In this document: positions 16,631 through 25,100 of the stretch, in pieces | Layout: the number at the start of each line of letters is the position of its first letter | Position numbering within the stretch: position 1 is the first letter of the stretch | Assembly: GCA_036514455.1 (NCBI GenBank) | Contig: DATBXC010000186.1 | Span: forward strand, 1-48,759 | Direction: 5' to 3' | Origin: Thermoplasmata archaeon | GTDB lineage: Archaea; Thermoplasmatota; Thermoplasmata; RBG-16-68-12 | DNA: 48,759 nt | Notes under the pieces: model-generated | What the model was told of the DNA's origin: nothing | Database searches by the model: none | What the model saw: only the letters and a program-made list of their open reading frames with translations | Position numbers and translations under genes: made by a program

Positions 16631-19009
16631 ATGGGTGCGCCGGTCCCTCCCGCAACGGGCCCCGCGCCGGCGTCCGCCGGGGTGGCCCGCGCTCGTGCGA
16701 GAGCACCCCGACCGCCGCCGCCCGCGGTCCCAAGCGTGCGGGCGAAGGCCGCTGGCGTCCTTACCGCGCCGGTGACCTGGCTTCTCGTCTTCCTCCTGAT
16801 CCCCCTCGTCCTCGTCGCGGCGGTCGGCTTCGCGACCGTCCAGTCGAACTACCTCCTCGACTTCGGGCGCCTCACGCCGGAGAACTACGTGGCCGTGTTC
16901 AACCCGTCCGGCGAAGCGTTCCGCCTCCTGTGGAGGAGCCTGGGGATCGCGTTCGGGGCGACCGTCGCCTCCCTCGTCGTTGGGTACGCGATGGCGTACT
17001 ACATCGCCCGCATCGCGAAGGAGAAGTGGCGGGGCATCCTGATGGCCCTCGTCGTGATCCCGTTCTGGGTCACGTTCATCGTCCGCATCTACGGGCTCCT
17101 CCTCTTCGTCCGGCCGGACGGCTTTGTGGACGGGTTCTTCCAGACCCTCGGGCTCCCCGGGGTCGGGGACTACTTCGTCACGAACTTCGGGGTGGGCACG
17201 GACTCCCTGCTAATCTTCACGCTCGTGTACGTCTGGCTCCCGTTCATGGTGCTCCCCCTGTTCACCTCCCTGAGCAAGATCGACCCGCAGCTCCTCGAGG
17301 CGGCGTCCGACCTCGGGGCCTCCCGCCTGCGGGCCTTCTGGAACGTGACCCTGCCGCTGAGCCTCCCCGGAATCGTCACGGGCTCGATCTTCGTGTTCAT
17401 CACGACCCTGGGGAGCTTCGTGGAGCCGAGCTTTCTCAGCGCGGAGTACATGATTGGGAACTTCGTCGAGACGCAGTTTTCGGGGACCCAGGGCGTCGGG
17501 ATCCCTCTTGGTGCCGCGGCGTCCGTGTTCATCATCATCTCCACGATGCTCCTCGTCACGATCTACGCCCGATACGCGGAACTCGAGGAGTCGGGGACGT
17601 TCGGGGCGGTGAAGAAGCGGGGTCGGCTCGCGACCCTCCTCCGGTTTGTCGGGATTCTGCTCGTCCTCGCGGTGCTCGGCGCTGCGGCGGCATACTTCCT
17701 GGCGGGGGCGCTCACCGCGGCGTCCACGGGCGGGATCCTGGATGCCGCCCTCCTCGTCGGGCTGCTGAACCTGTTCTTTGCGTACGCGTATGAGGAGACG
17801 GGGGCGACGTTCCGCAGGATCGCCACCTCCGAGAAGCGGCTGGAGACTACGGACGCCGTGGCGGTCCTGTTCGTCGTGGCCGCGGTCTGGCTGGTGGGGC
17901 GGTTCGCTCTGTTCTCGGTGGGGGTCGCCGCCCATGGGTGGACCGCGACAAGCGTCGCGGAGATCCTGATTGGCGCAGTCGCGGTGTTCCTCGGGTTCCT
18001 CGCGCTCGGCGTGGCGGGCGTCGTCCTGATTCGGAACCGCCGGATTGTGGCGACGCAGTCCTGGATGGCGACGCTACAGCTGCTCACGCAGGGGAAGCAC
18101 GTCCTCGGCGTCCTCGTCCAGGGAACCACCCGGGCCCTGGATCGCGTCGCGGAGCGAGCGGGCCGCCGTCTCCTGGCGGCCTTTACCGCGATTGTGCTCC
18201 TCGTGTTCTTTATGCCCCTGATCCTCATGACGGTCTTCTCGTTCACCGCGGGCTTCAACCCGTCCGCTTGGGAAGGCTTCTCCTTCCGCTGGTACATTGG
18301 CGCCGGCGCGGGCGAGGTCGAGCGCGACTTCCTGTTCAAGTGCGACGCCAGCGAGTGCTCCGTCCTGAGCTCCCTCGGGACAAGCGTCGTCGTCGGGGTC
18401 GCGTCCGCCTTCCTCTCCCTCATCTTCGGCCTCCTTGCCGCGTTCGCGATTGACCGCTACGCCTTCCGGGGGAAGGCGGTCCTGAACAATGTTATGTATC
18501 TGGGCCTCGTGATCCCCAGCATCGTAATGGGGATCTCCCTCTCGATCCTCGTGCGGGTCGCGAACGATTCCATCCTGGGCCCGAACCTCCTTCAGTGGGA
18601 GTTCGGACTAGCGTCCCTCATCGTCGGCCACACGACGTTCAACATCCCCCTCGCGACCCTCGTCCTCCTGATCAGCTTCCGGGAGTTCGACAAGTCGCTG
18701 GAGGAGGCCGCGATGAACCTCGGCGCGGGGCCGCTCACGACGTTCTTCCGGGTCACGCTCCCGAACATCAAGGCGGGGATCGTGTCCACGCTGCTCCTCA
18801 CGTTCACGTTCTCGTTCGACGAGTTCCCCGTGTCGCTGTTCCTCGCGGGGTCGAACCCCACGTACCCGATTGTCGCGTGGGGCCTGCTGTCCAAGAAGAT
18901 TCCGACGCCGGAGGCGAACGCGGCCGCGACCCTAATCCTCGTGATCTCCCTGGTGTTCGTCCTGCTCGCGAACAAGGTGCAAAAGGGCGGGGCCATCTTC
19001 CGCTTCTGA
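16631..19009 (+). CDS. fused ABC transporter permease (PotB-like + ~4-TM linker + PotC-like)
   Basis: Two EAA loops: EAASDLGASRLRAFWNVTLP and EEAAMNLGAGPLTTFFRVTLP. An extra hydrophobic region lies between them at about aa 325-470. The Ala/Pro/Arg-rich N-terminus leaves the start uncertain. Confidence 0.85.
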   Translation: MGAPVPPATGPAPASAGVARARARAPRPPPPAVPSVRAKAAGVLTAPVTWLLVFLLIPLVLVAAVGFATVQSNYLLDFGRLTPENYVAVFNPSGEAFRLLWRSLGIAFGATVASLVVGYAMAYYIARIAKEKWRGILMALVVIPFWVTFIVRIYGLLLFVRPDGFVDGFFQTLGLPGVGDYFVTNFGVGTDSLLIFTLVYVWLPFMVLPLFTSLSKIDPQLLEAASDLGASRLRAFWNVTLPLSLPGIVTGSIFVFITTLGSFVEPSFLSAEYMIGNFVETQFSGTQGVGIPLGAAASVFIIISTMLLVTIYARYAELEESGTFGAVKKRGRLATLLRFVGILLVLAVLGAAAAYFLAGALTAASTGGILDAALLVGLLNLFFAYAYEETGATFRRIATSEKRLETTDAVAVLFVVAAVWLVGRFALFSVGVAAHGWTATSVAEILIGAVAVFLGFLALGVAGVVLIRNRRIVATQSWMATLQLLTQGKHVLGVLVQGTTRALDRVAERAGRRLLAAFTAIVLLVFFMPLILMTVFSFTAGFNPSAWEGFSFRWYIGAGAGEVERDFLFKCDASECSVLSSLGTSVVVGVASAFLSLIFGLLAAFAIDRYAFRGKAVLNNVMYLGLVIPSIVMGISLSILVRVANDSILGPNLLQWEFGLASLIVGHTTFNIPLATLVLLISFREFDKSLEEAAMNLGAGPLTTFFRVTLPNIKAGIVSTLLLTFTFSFDEFPVSLFLAGSNPTYPIVAWGLLSKKIPTPEANAAATLILVISLVFVLLANKVQKGGAIFRF

Positions 19010-19771
19010 TCAGGGCGCGAGGTATCCGCCGTCCACCGGGAGGTCCGCGCCCGTGATGAACGCCGCATCGTCGGACGCCAGGAACAGGACCGCGCGGACG
19101 ACGTCCTCCGGCGTGCCGAGCCGGCCGAGTGGGTGGCGGGCGATCTCAGCTCTCTCCGCCGCGCGCGGGTCCGGTTGATCCCTGAGCCACTCGTCGTACA
19201 TGTCCGTCCGAATCACGCCGGGGCTCACGGAGTTCACGCGGATGCCATATCTCGCGAGTTCGACGGCCAGGACCTTCGTCAGCAGCAGTGCGCCCGCCTT
19301 CGAAGCCGCATACGCCGCCTCGCCCGCGATGCCGACATGCGCGCTGATCGAGCAGTTGTTGACGATCGAACCGCCCCCGCGCCGCCGCATCGCCGACACG
19401 ACCTCACGGGCCATGAGGAAATAGCCCTTCAGGTTCACCGCGAGCTGGCGGTCCCACTCCCGTTCCGTCGTCGCCTGGACGGGTTTCTGAAGGTAGACGC
19501 CCGCGTTGTTGAACAGTACGTCGATGCCCCCGGATGCTCGCAGGACGGACCCGACGAGGCGCCTAACGTCCGCGGAGCGGGACACGTCCCCGCGAAGGAA
19601 GCGGACGTCCTCGGACACCCGGCGCAAGGTGCGTACCGCGACCCTCCCGCGGTCCGCCCGTCGGCCGACGATCGCGACCCGGGCTCCCTCCTCCAGGAAC
19701 GCGCGCGCGGCGGCGAGGCCGATGCCGGAGGTGCCGCCGGTGACGAGTACGACCCGTCCGGAGAAGCGCAT
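19010..19771 (-). CDS. short-chain dehydrogenase/reductase (SDR)
   Basis: ATG at 19771 preceded by GGGGGAGGAG. Motifs TGGTSGIG, NNAG and YAASK. The ORF-track extension to 20443 is an artefact. The stop abuts the permease stop. Confidence 0.9.
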   Translation of the reverse strand: MRFSGRVVLVTGGTSGIGLAAARAFLEEGARVAIVGRRADRGRVAVRTLRRVSEDVRFLRGDVSRSADVRRLVGSVLRASGGIDVLFNNAGVYLQKPVQATTEREWDRQLAVNLKGYFLMAREVVSAMRRRGGGSIVNNCSISAHVGIAGEAAYAASKAGALLLTKVLAVELARYGIRVNSVSPGVIRTDMYDEWLRDQPDPRAAERAEIARHPLGRLGTPEDVVRAVLFLASDDAAFITGADLPVDGGYLAP

Positions 19772-19818
19772 GTCTCCTCCCCCACCTGCGGACGGTCGGT
19801 CCCGCGATATACTTTGCG

Positions 19819-21279
19819 TCACACGTGCGGCGGGACCGGTGTCTCTTCCCCGTACTGCGCGACCTGGTTCTTCACGGCCTCGATCATGACCGTGGGCACT
19901 TTCGGCCGGTGCCGGCGAGCCTCGCGGGCGATTGCCGCGAGCGCGTTGTCCGCGACCTCGAGGGCGTAGTCGACGTCCTCCTCCGTGTGCTCGGAGCACA
20001 GGAACGCGCGCTCGCCGACGTTCGGGATCCCGAACAGGACGTTGTTCCCGAGGCAGTGGATGAACCAGTTCCACCAGCGGTGGTTGTTCGCGTTCAGGGT
20101 GTCCCGGAAGTCCCGGATCTCGTCCTGCGTCGTGAAGTACATGTTCCCGATCGAGCCGACGTACTCGACCCACGCGGGGATCTTGCGGTCGTCCGCGAGG
20201 TCCTGGAGGCCGGCGAACAGCCTCCGGCCCAAGGCGTTCACGTGGTCGTAGATGCCCGGGTTCTCCCGGAGGATCTGCAGGCACTTCAGGCCCGCCGCGA
20301 CGCTCACCGGGTGGCCGTTGTACGTCCCCGCGTGGAACGTCCCGTGCTTCCACCCGCGCCCCGGCGTGATTACGTCCATGATCTGGGACTCCCCGCCGAA
20401 GCCCGCGAGCTGGAACCCGCCGCCCGCGATCTTCCCGAAGCACGTCAGGTCCGGCGTGACGTCGTAGTACTCCTGCGCCCCGCCGAGGGCGAGGCGGAAG
20501 CCCGTGAGCACCTCATCGAAGATCAGGACGATGCCGAGCTGCCGGGTGATGCGGCGGAGGTGCTTCAGGTAGTTCCCCTTGGGGACGATGACCCCGGGCC
20601 CGCACAGGACGGGCTCGATGATCACCGCCGCGAGGTCGTCCACGTTCCGCTCGAGGATTTCCGCGGTCGCGTCCACGTCGTTGTACGGGAAAATCACGGT
20701 GAGGTCGCTGATCGCCTTCGGGACCCCGCGCCCCATCGGGATCGCCCGATAGTTCCCGTTCATCCGGCGGGCCGTGCGGCTGTCCATGTCCAGGCTCTGG
20801 AGCACGTAGTCGTGGGCGCCGTGGTACGCGCCCTCCGCCTTCGCGATCTTGTCCTTGCCCGTGTACGCGCGCGCGGCCCGGAGCGCGTGCATCGTCGCCT
20901 CCGTCCCGCTGTTCGCGAGGCGGGCCTTCTTCACGCTCGGGATCGCCTTCCGAAGCGTGTCGAGGTACTCGACGTACAGGGTCGTCGTCACGCCGAGCAT
21001 CGAGCCGGACTCGAGTTGCCGAATCACCTCGATGGCGATGTCCCGGTTGTTGTGGCCGAGGAGGAGGGACCCGAACCCCATCATGAAGTCGAGGATCTTG
21101 TTCCCGTCCACGTCGTAGATGAACCCGCCGTCGCCGTAGTCCGCGAAGAACGGATGGGGCTTGAAGTACCGGATGTTCGACTCGACCCCACCGGGCGTGA
21201 TGCGGCTCGCCCGCTTGAAGAGCTGCGCGGACCTTCGGTGCCTTGCGAGATACCTGCGGCTGAATCGCTGGGACGGCAT
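19819..21279 (-). CDS. class-III aminotransferase, glutamate-1-semialdehyde-aminomutase (HemL)-like
   Basis: ATG at 21279 preceded by GGAGGGGGTG. Motifs ITPGGVESNIRYF, NSGTEATMHALR, FDEVLTGFR and CFGKIAGGG. A 50-aa low-complexity extension back to 21429 is unlikely to be real. Confidence 0.85.
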   Translation of the reverse strand: MPSQRFSRRYLARHRRSAQLFKRASRITPGGVESNIRYFKPHPFFADYGDGGFIYDVDGNKILDFMMGFGSLLLGHNNRDIAIEVIRQLESGSMLGVTTTLYVEYLDTLRKAIPSVKKARLANSGTEATMHALRAARAYTGKDKIAKAEGAYHGAHDYVLQSLDMDSRTARRMNGNYRAIPMGRGVPKAISDLTVIFPYNDVDATAEILERNVDDLAAVIIEPVLCGPGVIVPKGNYLKHLRRITRQLGIVLIFDEVLTGFRLALGGAQEYYDVTPDLTCFGKIAGGGFQLAGFGGESQIMDVITPGRGWKHGTFHAGTYNGHPVSVAAGLKCLQILRENPGIYDHVNALGRRLFAGLQDLADDRKIPAWVEYVGSIGNMYFTTQDEIRDFRDTLNANNHRWWNWFIHCLGNNVLFGIPNVGERAFLCSEHTEEDVDYALEVADNALAAIAREARRHRPKVPTVMIEAVKNQVAQYGEETPVPPHV

Positions 21280-21444
21280 GGAGCCACCCCCTCCCTGGGC
21301 CCCCGCGTGGCGGGGCGTTGGAGTCCGGCGGTTTGGGGGAACCGAAGCGCGGTCCGAGTTCCCCACAACCCCGAAGACCGCGCTCCGGGGAAGCCGTCTG
21401 GACTCACCCAGATCGGGCATCCTAGCCATGGCCGCGGAGGCTAT

Positions 21445-21499
21445 GAATAGCTTTCGAATAGAGGTCGAATCTTGCGAATTACAGAATCCGGGAACGAAT
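21445..21499. repeat. six helically phased GAAT / CGAAT motifs in an AT-rich intergenic region
   Basis: GAAT at 21445, 21456, 21467, 21476, 21484 and 21496, giving spacings of 11, 11, 9, 8 and 12 nt. Confidence 0.5.
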
Positions 21500-21675
21500 T
21501 TTCTAGGTCCGGGCTAAAACGGCCGGATCCCGAGTCTGTCCCCCCGTCCTTATATATTGACACTTAACGATTTAAATAGGGCCGAGCGGGCCCCATGCGA
21601 CGGGCGGCCCGGTCAACGTATATAATGGAGCCGGGGGAGGGCTCCGCGTGCGTTCTCATACACGGGAGTCCATAA

Positions 21676-21700
21676 ACGGACAATGTGTTTCGGTGTCCGT
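21676..21700 (-). terminator. hairpin ACGGACA-N11-TGTCCGT just downstream of the saccharopine-DH paralogue 2 stop
   Basis: 7-bp perfect stem beginning 10 nt after the TAA (21710-21712, minus strand), followed on that strand by TTAT. Confidence 0.4.
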
Positions 21701-21709
21701 CGAGTCTCC

Positions 21710-22771
21710 TTACGTCAGGATACGTTCCTCAAGGATACGCTCCCGGATCTCCACGTCCCGCCCTTTGATCGCCCGGAAGACCTTGGCGGGCTCCAGCTGC
21801 TCCGGCACGAGGACGCCCGGGCCCGGGGTCTCGTGGTCCAGGACGAGCCGGGCGCCCACCGCGGCGCCCGTGCCGGTGAGCCACGCGGTGCCGCTCGTCC
21901 CGTGCCGGCGGCCCGCCCCGACGTGGTCCATCGCGGACCACACAACGTGCGTGACCGGGACGCCGTCCCGCCGTCCGATCGTCTCAACCAGGATTGCGGC
22001 GTGGCCCGTGATTTTGCCCGCGAGCGAGCCCGGCGGCGGAATCTTCGCGAGCAACGCCTCGCGGGAGCCCGGCTCCAGGAGCCCGAACCGTCCGATCATC
22101 TGGAGGGTCTGGACCGTGTCCGGCAGGAGGGCGAGCTTGAAGTCGACGTTCCTCGGCTTCCGGCCCAGGAACAGGGGGATTGTCTCGACCTCCTCGTGGT
22201 TCACGTTGTACACGGGGACGGGCCCGACCGGCGGCGGGAACGGGTACTCCTCTCGCCCGCTGAAGGGCGGGACCTTCCTCCACGCGCCGTCCTCATACAC
22301 CGTGGCGGGCTGGAGGGTCTCCTCGATGAACACCTCGGGGCTGAACAGGCAGATGAACGGGTGCTCCTCCGAGCGCGCGGTCTCCCCGTCCCGGATCCGC
22401 ACCGCGTCGACCTCGTCCATCCCGTCCGCGGCGTGTCGCGCGAACACGTTCGCGAGGCCCGGGTCCTCGCCCATCCCCAGGACCGCGGTCCGCCCCGCCC
22501 GCCGCCACCGGTCGTGCAGGGCGAGCTGGTCCTTCCCGCCACCCGCGAGGTCCAGGTAGTCCACGCCCCCCTCCAGGGCCGCGTCCATCACCGCCAGGTT
22601 GTACTTCGGGAGGGCCGCGTTGATCACGAGCGCGGAGCCGCGCAGGGCGGCCCGCACCGCGTCGTCGTCCGCGAGGTCCAGCGCGAGGGGCCGGACCCGC
22701 TTCGATCCCGCCGCCCGCACGAGCGCCTTCGCCCGCCCCGCGTTCACGTCCGCGGCGACGACTTCGCCCAC
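21710..22771 (-). CDS. saccharopine dehydrogenase family oxidoreductase (paralogue 2); true 5' end probably upstream of 22771
   Basis: Sacchrp_dh-like body (VINAALPKYNLAVMDAAL..., LGMGEDPGLANV...). The first ATG/GTG/TTG is GTG 22771. The in-frame upstream codons up to 22918 encode the missing Rossmann motif KRVLLLGCGAVG. Confidence 0.8.
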   Translation of the reverse strand: MGEVVAADVNAGRAKALVRAAGSKRVRPLALDLADDDAVRAALRGSALVINAALPKYNLAVMDAALEGGVDYLDLAGGGKDQLALHDRWRRAGRTAVLGMGEDPGLANVFARHAADGMDEVDAVRIRDGETARSEEHPFICLFSPEVFIEETLQPATVYEDGAWRKVPPFSGREEYPFPPPVGPVPVYNVNHEEVETIPLFLGRKPRNVDFKLALLPDTVQTLQMIGRFGLLEPGSREALLAKIPPPGSLAGKITGHAAILVETIGRRDGVPVTHVVWSAMDHVGAGRRHGTSGTAWLTGTGAAVGARLVLDHETPGPGVLVPEQLEPAKVFRAIKGRDVEIRERILEERILT

Positions 22772-22898
22772 GTCCCGCTCACGTCCCAGGTGCGTCGCGA
22801 TGACGGTCCCGACCGCCCCGCACCCGAGCAGGAGGACCCGCTTCTCCGGTTTCGCGCCGATGGTGTCGAACCTCGCGCGGCGAACCTGGGTCGGATAG

Positions 22899-24329
22899 AT
22901 GAAGCCTCCGAAGAAGGCTCATATAGCGGGCGGTGCCCGCGCCGGCCGGACCGCACCATCCTTATCTAGAACCCGCTCCGTGCCCGCGGGCGCGGTGTTC
23001 CAAAGCCTCGTCACCCGGCGCGGGCGCACGCACCGGTACCTCCGGGTCCTGTACCTCTCGAACTTCATCCTGCGGCTCGCGTTCGGGTTCGTCCTCCTCA
23101 CGCTGCCGTTCTACGTCGTGAAGGACCCGCGGTTCCAGAGCAACACCCTCCTGGCGGTGGCGGTGATTGCGGTCCCGTACCCGTTCGCGGAGATGCTCAC
23201 CGCGAACTGGTTCGGGTCGATCTCGGACAAGGTGGGGCGGAAGCGGGTGATCGTCACCGGGTCCGCGTGGGCGATGGGGATGGTCCTCCTGTACCCGCTC
23301 ACCCAGGACACGTTCGCCCTCGCGGCGATCCACGGCCTCCACGGAATCGGCGCCGCCGCCACCGTCGCGCCGTCGATCGCGATGATCGCGGACTACGCGG
23401 ATCCTCGGGACCGCGGGCGCCAGATGGGGTTCTACGACTACTCCACCTTCGCCGGGTACATCATCGGCGTCGTCCTCGCGGGGGCCCTCATCGAGGCCCT
23501 CGGCGGCCTCGGGTTCGACCCGGTCTCCGCCGTCCGCCTCACGTTCCTCCCGATGGCGGCGTTCCTCGGCGTCTCCGCGCTCGTCCTGCAGCTGTACGTC
23601 CGGAAGGAGCGCGTGACCGCGGTGAAGGCGAAGCTCTTCGACTTCCGGGACCTCCGGGAGGTGCTGAAGGTCCGCGAGATCGGCGTGCTCCTACCCGTGT
23701 GGCTGATCATCTCCACGATCCTGGGGCTCGCCCTCACGTACCTGCCCCGGGTCCTGTTCGAGGCGGAAATCACTGCGATGGGCATCGGCCTCCTGTTCGG
23801 GGGCGTCGGGCTCGCCCTCCTCCTGCTCCAGCCCCTGTGGGGGAAGGTGTCGGACGTCGTCGGAAGGGTGCCCGTGATGTTCTACGGCATCCTCAGCATC
23901 CTCGGGGTGATCGTGATGGCGGCGCTGTTCTGGTCCCACATCCTCGCGCGGGAGCCGCTGTACCTGGCCCCCGTGGGCCTCCTTGCGCTCGGGGCCGGGG
24001 CGTTCGTGCCATCCGCGCTCGCCCTCATGGCGGACACGGCGCCGGAGGCGAAGTACGGGGCGACGATGGGCCTGTACTCGTTCGCCCTCGGGTTCGGGTT
24101 CTTCGTCGCGGAGCTCAGCGGGCTCGTGATCATCGCCGTCTACGCGTACTCCATGACCGAGAGCCAGGTGCGGGAGGTGATTGGCGCAGCCCTCCAGGGC
24201 CTCTTCTACTTCGCACTCGCCCTGATTGCGGCGGCCGTCCTGCTGATGGTCCGGTTCTTCGTCCTCGGCCGGAAGAAGGAGCGCGACGCGCGGGCCGCGC
24301 TGGAGGAGCTGCGGGAGGAGCGGCCCTGA
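22899..24329 (+). CDS. MFS transporter (second copy of the function)
   Basis: Polytopic protein with the MFS motif GSISDKVGRKR. ATG 22899 gives the longest ORF. GTG 22995 is an alternative start after TATA-like boxes at 22919-22926 and 22950-22959. Confidence 0.8.
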   Translation: MKPPKKAHIAGGARAGRTAPSLSRTRSVPAGAVFQSLVTRRGRTHRYLRVLYLSNFILRLAFGFVLLTLPFYVVKDPRFQSNTLLAVAVIAVPYPFAEMLTANWFGSISDKVGRKRVIVTGSAWAMGMVLLYPLTQDTFALAAIHGLHGIGAAATVAPSIAMIADYADPRDRGRQMGFYDYSTFAGYIIGVVLAGALIEALGGLGFDPVSAVRLTFLPMAAFLGVSALVLQLYVRKERVTAVKAKLFDFRDLREVLKVREIGVLLPVWLIISTILGLALTYLPRVLFEAEITAMGIGLLFGGVGLALLLLQPLWGKVSDVVGRVPVMFYGILSILGVIVMAALFWSHILAREPLYLAPVGLLALGAGAFVPSALALMADTAPEAKYGATMGLYSFALGFGFFVAELSGLVIIAVYAYSMTESQVREVIGAALQGLFYFALALIAAAVLLMVRFFVLGRKKERDARAALEELREERP

Positions 24330-24351
24330 TTCTTCCGGTGGAAAAGAGGAG

Positions 24352-24436
24352 TGCGGCGGCCAGGATTTGAACCTGGGAACCCCTGCGAGATCAGACCCTG
24401 AATCTGACGCCTTTGACCATGCTTGGCGACCGCCGC
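24352..24436 (-). tRNA. tRNA-Leu (anticodon CAG), class II with 14-nt variable arm; CCA not encoded
   Basis: Folded by hand. Acceptor GCGGCGG/CCGCCGC with discriminator A. Anticodon stem TCAGA/TCTGA with loop TTCAGGG. T arm CCAGG-TTCAAAT-CCTGG. 85 nt. Confidence 0.9.
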
Positions 24437-24539
24437 ATGGGGGCCTTGCCATGAACGGGGCGGGCAAGAACGTTGCGGTCCGCGGGGCTGCGGGCATGCC
24501 GCGGAAGCCTTTTTCCTGCCCCCGCGCATCCGCAGGGGC

Positions 24540-25088
24540 ATGCTCGAACGCCGCGACTACCGCATGATCGCGGACGCGAAGGCGGCCGAGGTCTGGCCGA
24601 AGGCGTGGGAGTTCTGGCAACGCGCGGGCTTCGCTCTGTACAACGTCGCGCCGAACCACTTCACCGGCTCCTCCCACTACTCGAAGATCGGCCTGAGCCG
24701 CGAGGTCGAGCTCCGGCTCGTGGAGGCGAACAACGCGGTGTACGTCGACCTCGCGTTCCGGGCCCGCTTCACGGAGGCGGGCGCGGTCGGGGGCGCGGCC
24801 GCGGCGGTCCTGTTCTGGCCCGTGGCGGTCGTCGGCGGGGCCCTCTCGTGGTCCGAGTACGAGAACGAGGCGAGGGCCCTGCTTGCGACCTTCTGGCACC
24901 ACCTGTGGCAGGCGACCGGGAAGCCGAGCCAGATCCTGTTCGCGACGGCCCCGTCGTTCGGGCAGCCGTACACGGTGATGCCCCCGCCGCCCCCCGCGTC
25001 CACGGTCGCGAAGGTGTGCGCGAAGTGCGGGGCCGCGATGGCCGCGGAGTGGAAGGTCTGCCCGTACTGCGGCGCGCCCTCGGGGTGA
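24540..25088 (+). CDS. hypothetical protein with C-terminal zinc ribbon
   Basis: ATG 24540 (MLERRDYRMIADAK...). One hydrophobic segment, a Pro-rich linker, then CAKCG...CPYCG. The ORF-track start at 24423 would overlap the tRNA. Confidence 0.6.
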   Translation: MLERRDYRMIADAKAAEVWPKAWEFWQRAGFALYNVAPNHFTGSSHYSKIGLSREVELRLVEANNAVYVDLAFRARFTEAGAVGGAAAAVLFWPVAVVGGALSWSEYENEARALLATFWHHLWQATGKPSQILFATAPSFGQPYTVMPPPPPASTVAKVCAKCGAAMAAEWKVCPYCGAPSG

Positions 25089-25100
25089 GGGCGGCGGGCG

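Noticed and set aside
21442-21516. 24-codon ORF (MNSFRIEVESCELQNPGTNFLGPG) directly after a GGAGG in the AT-rich intergenic region
   Set aside because: Its codon usage is AT-rich and unlike every confident gene here. The matching GGAGGCTATGAAT copy at 37551 opens only a 4-codon ORF. The shared sequence is more likely regulatory than coding.
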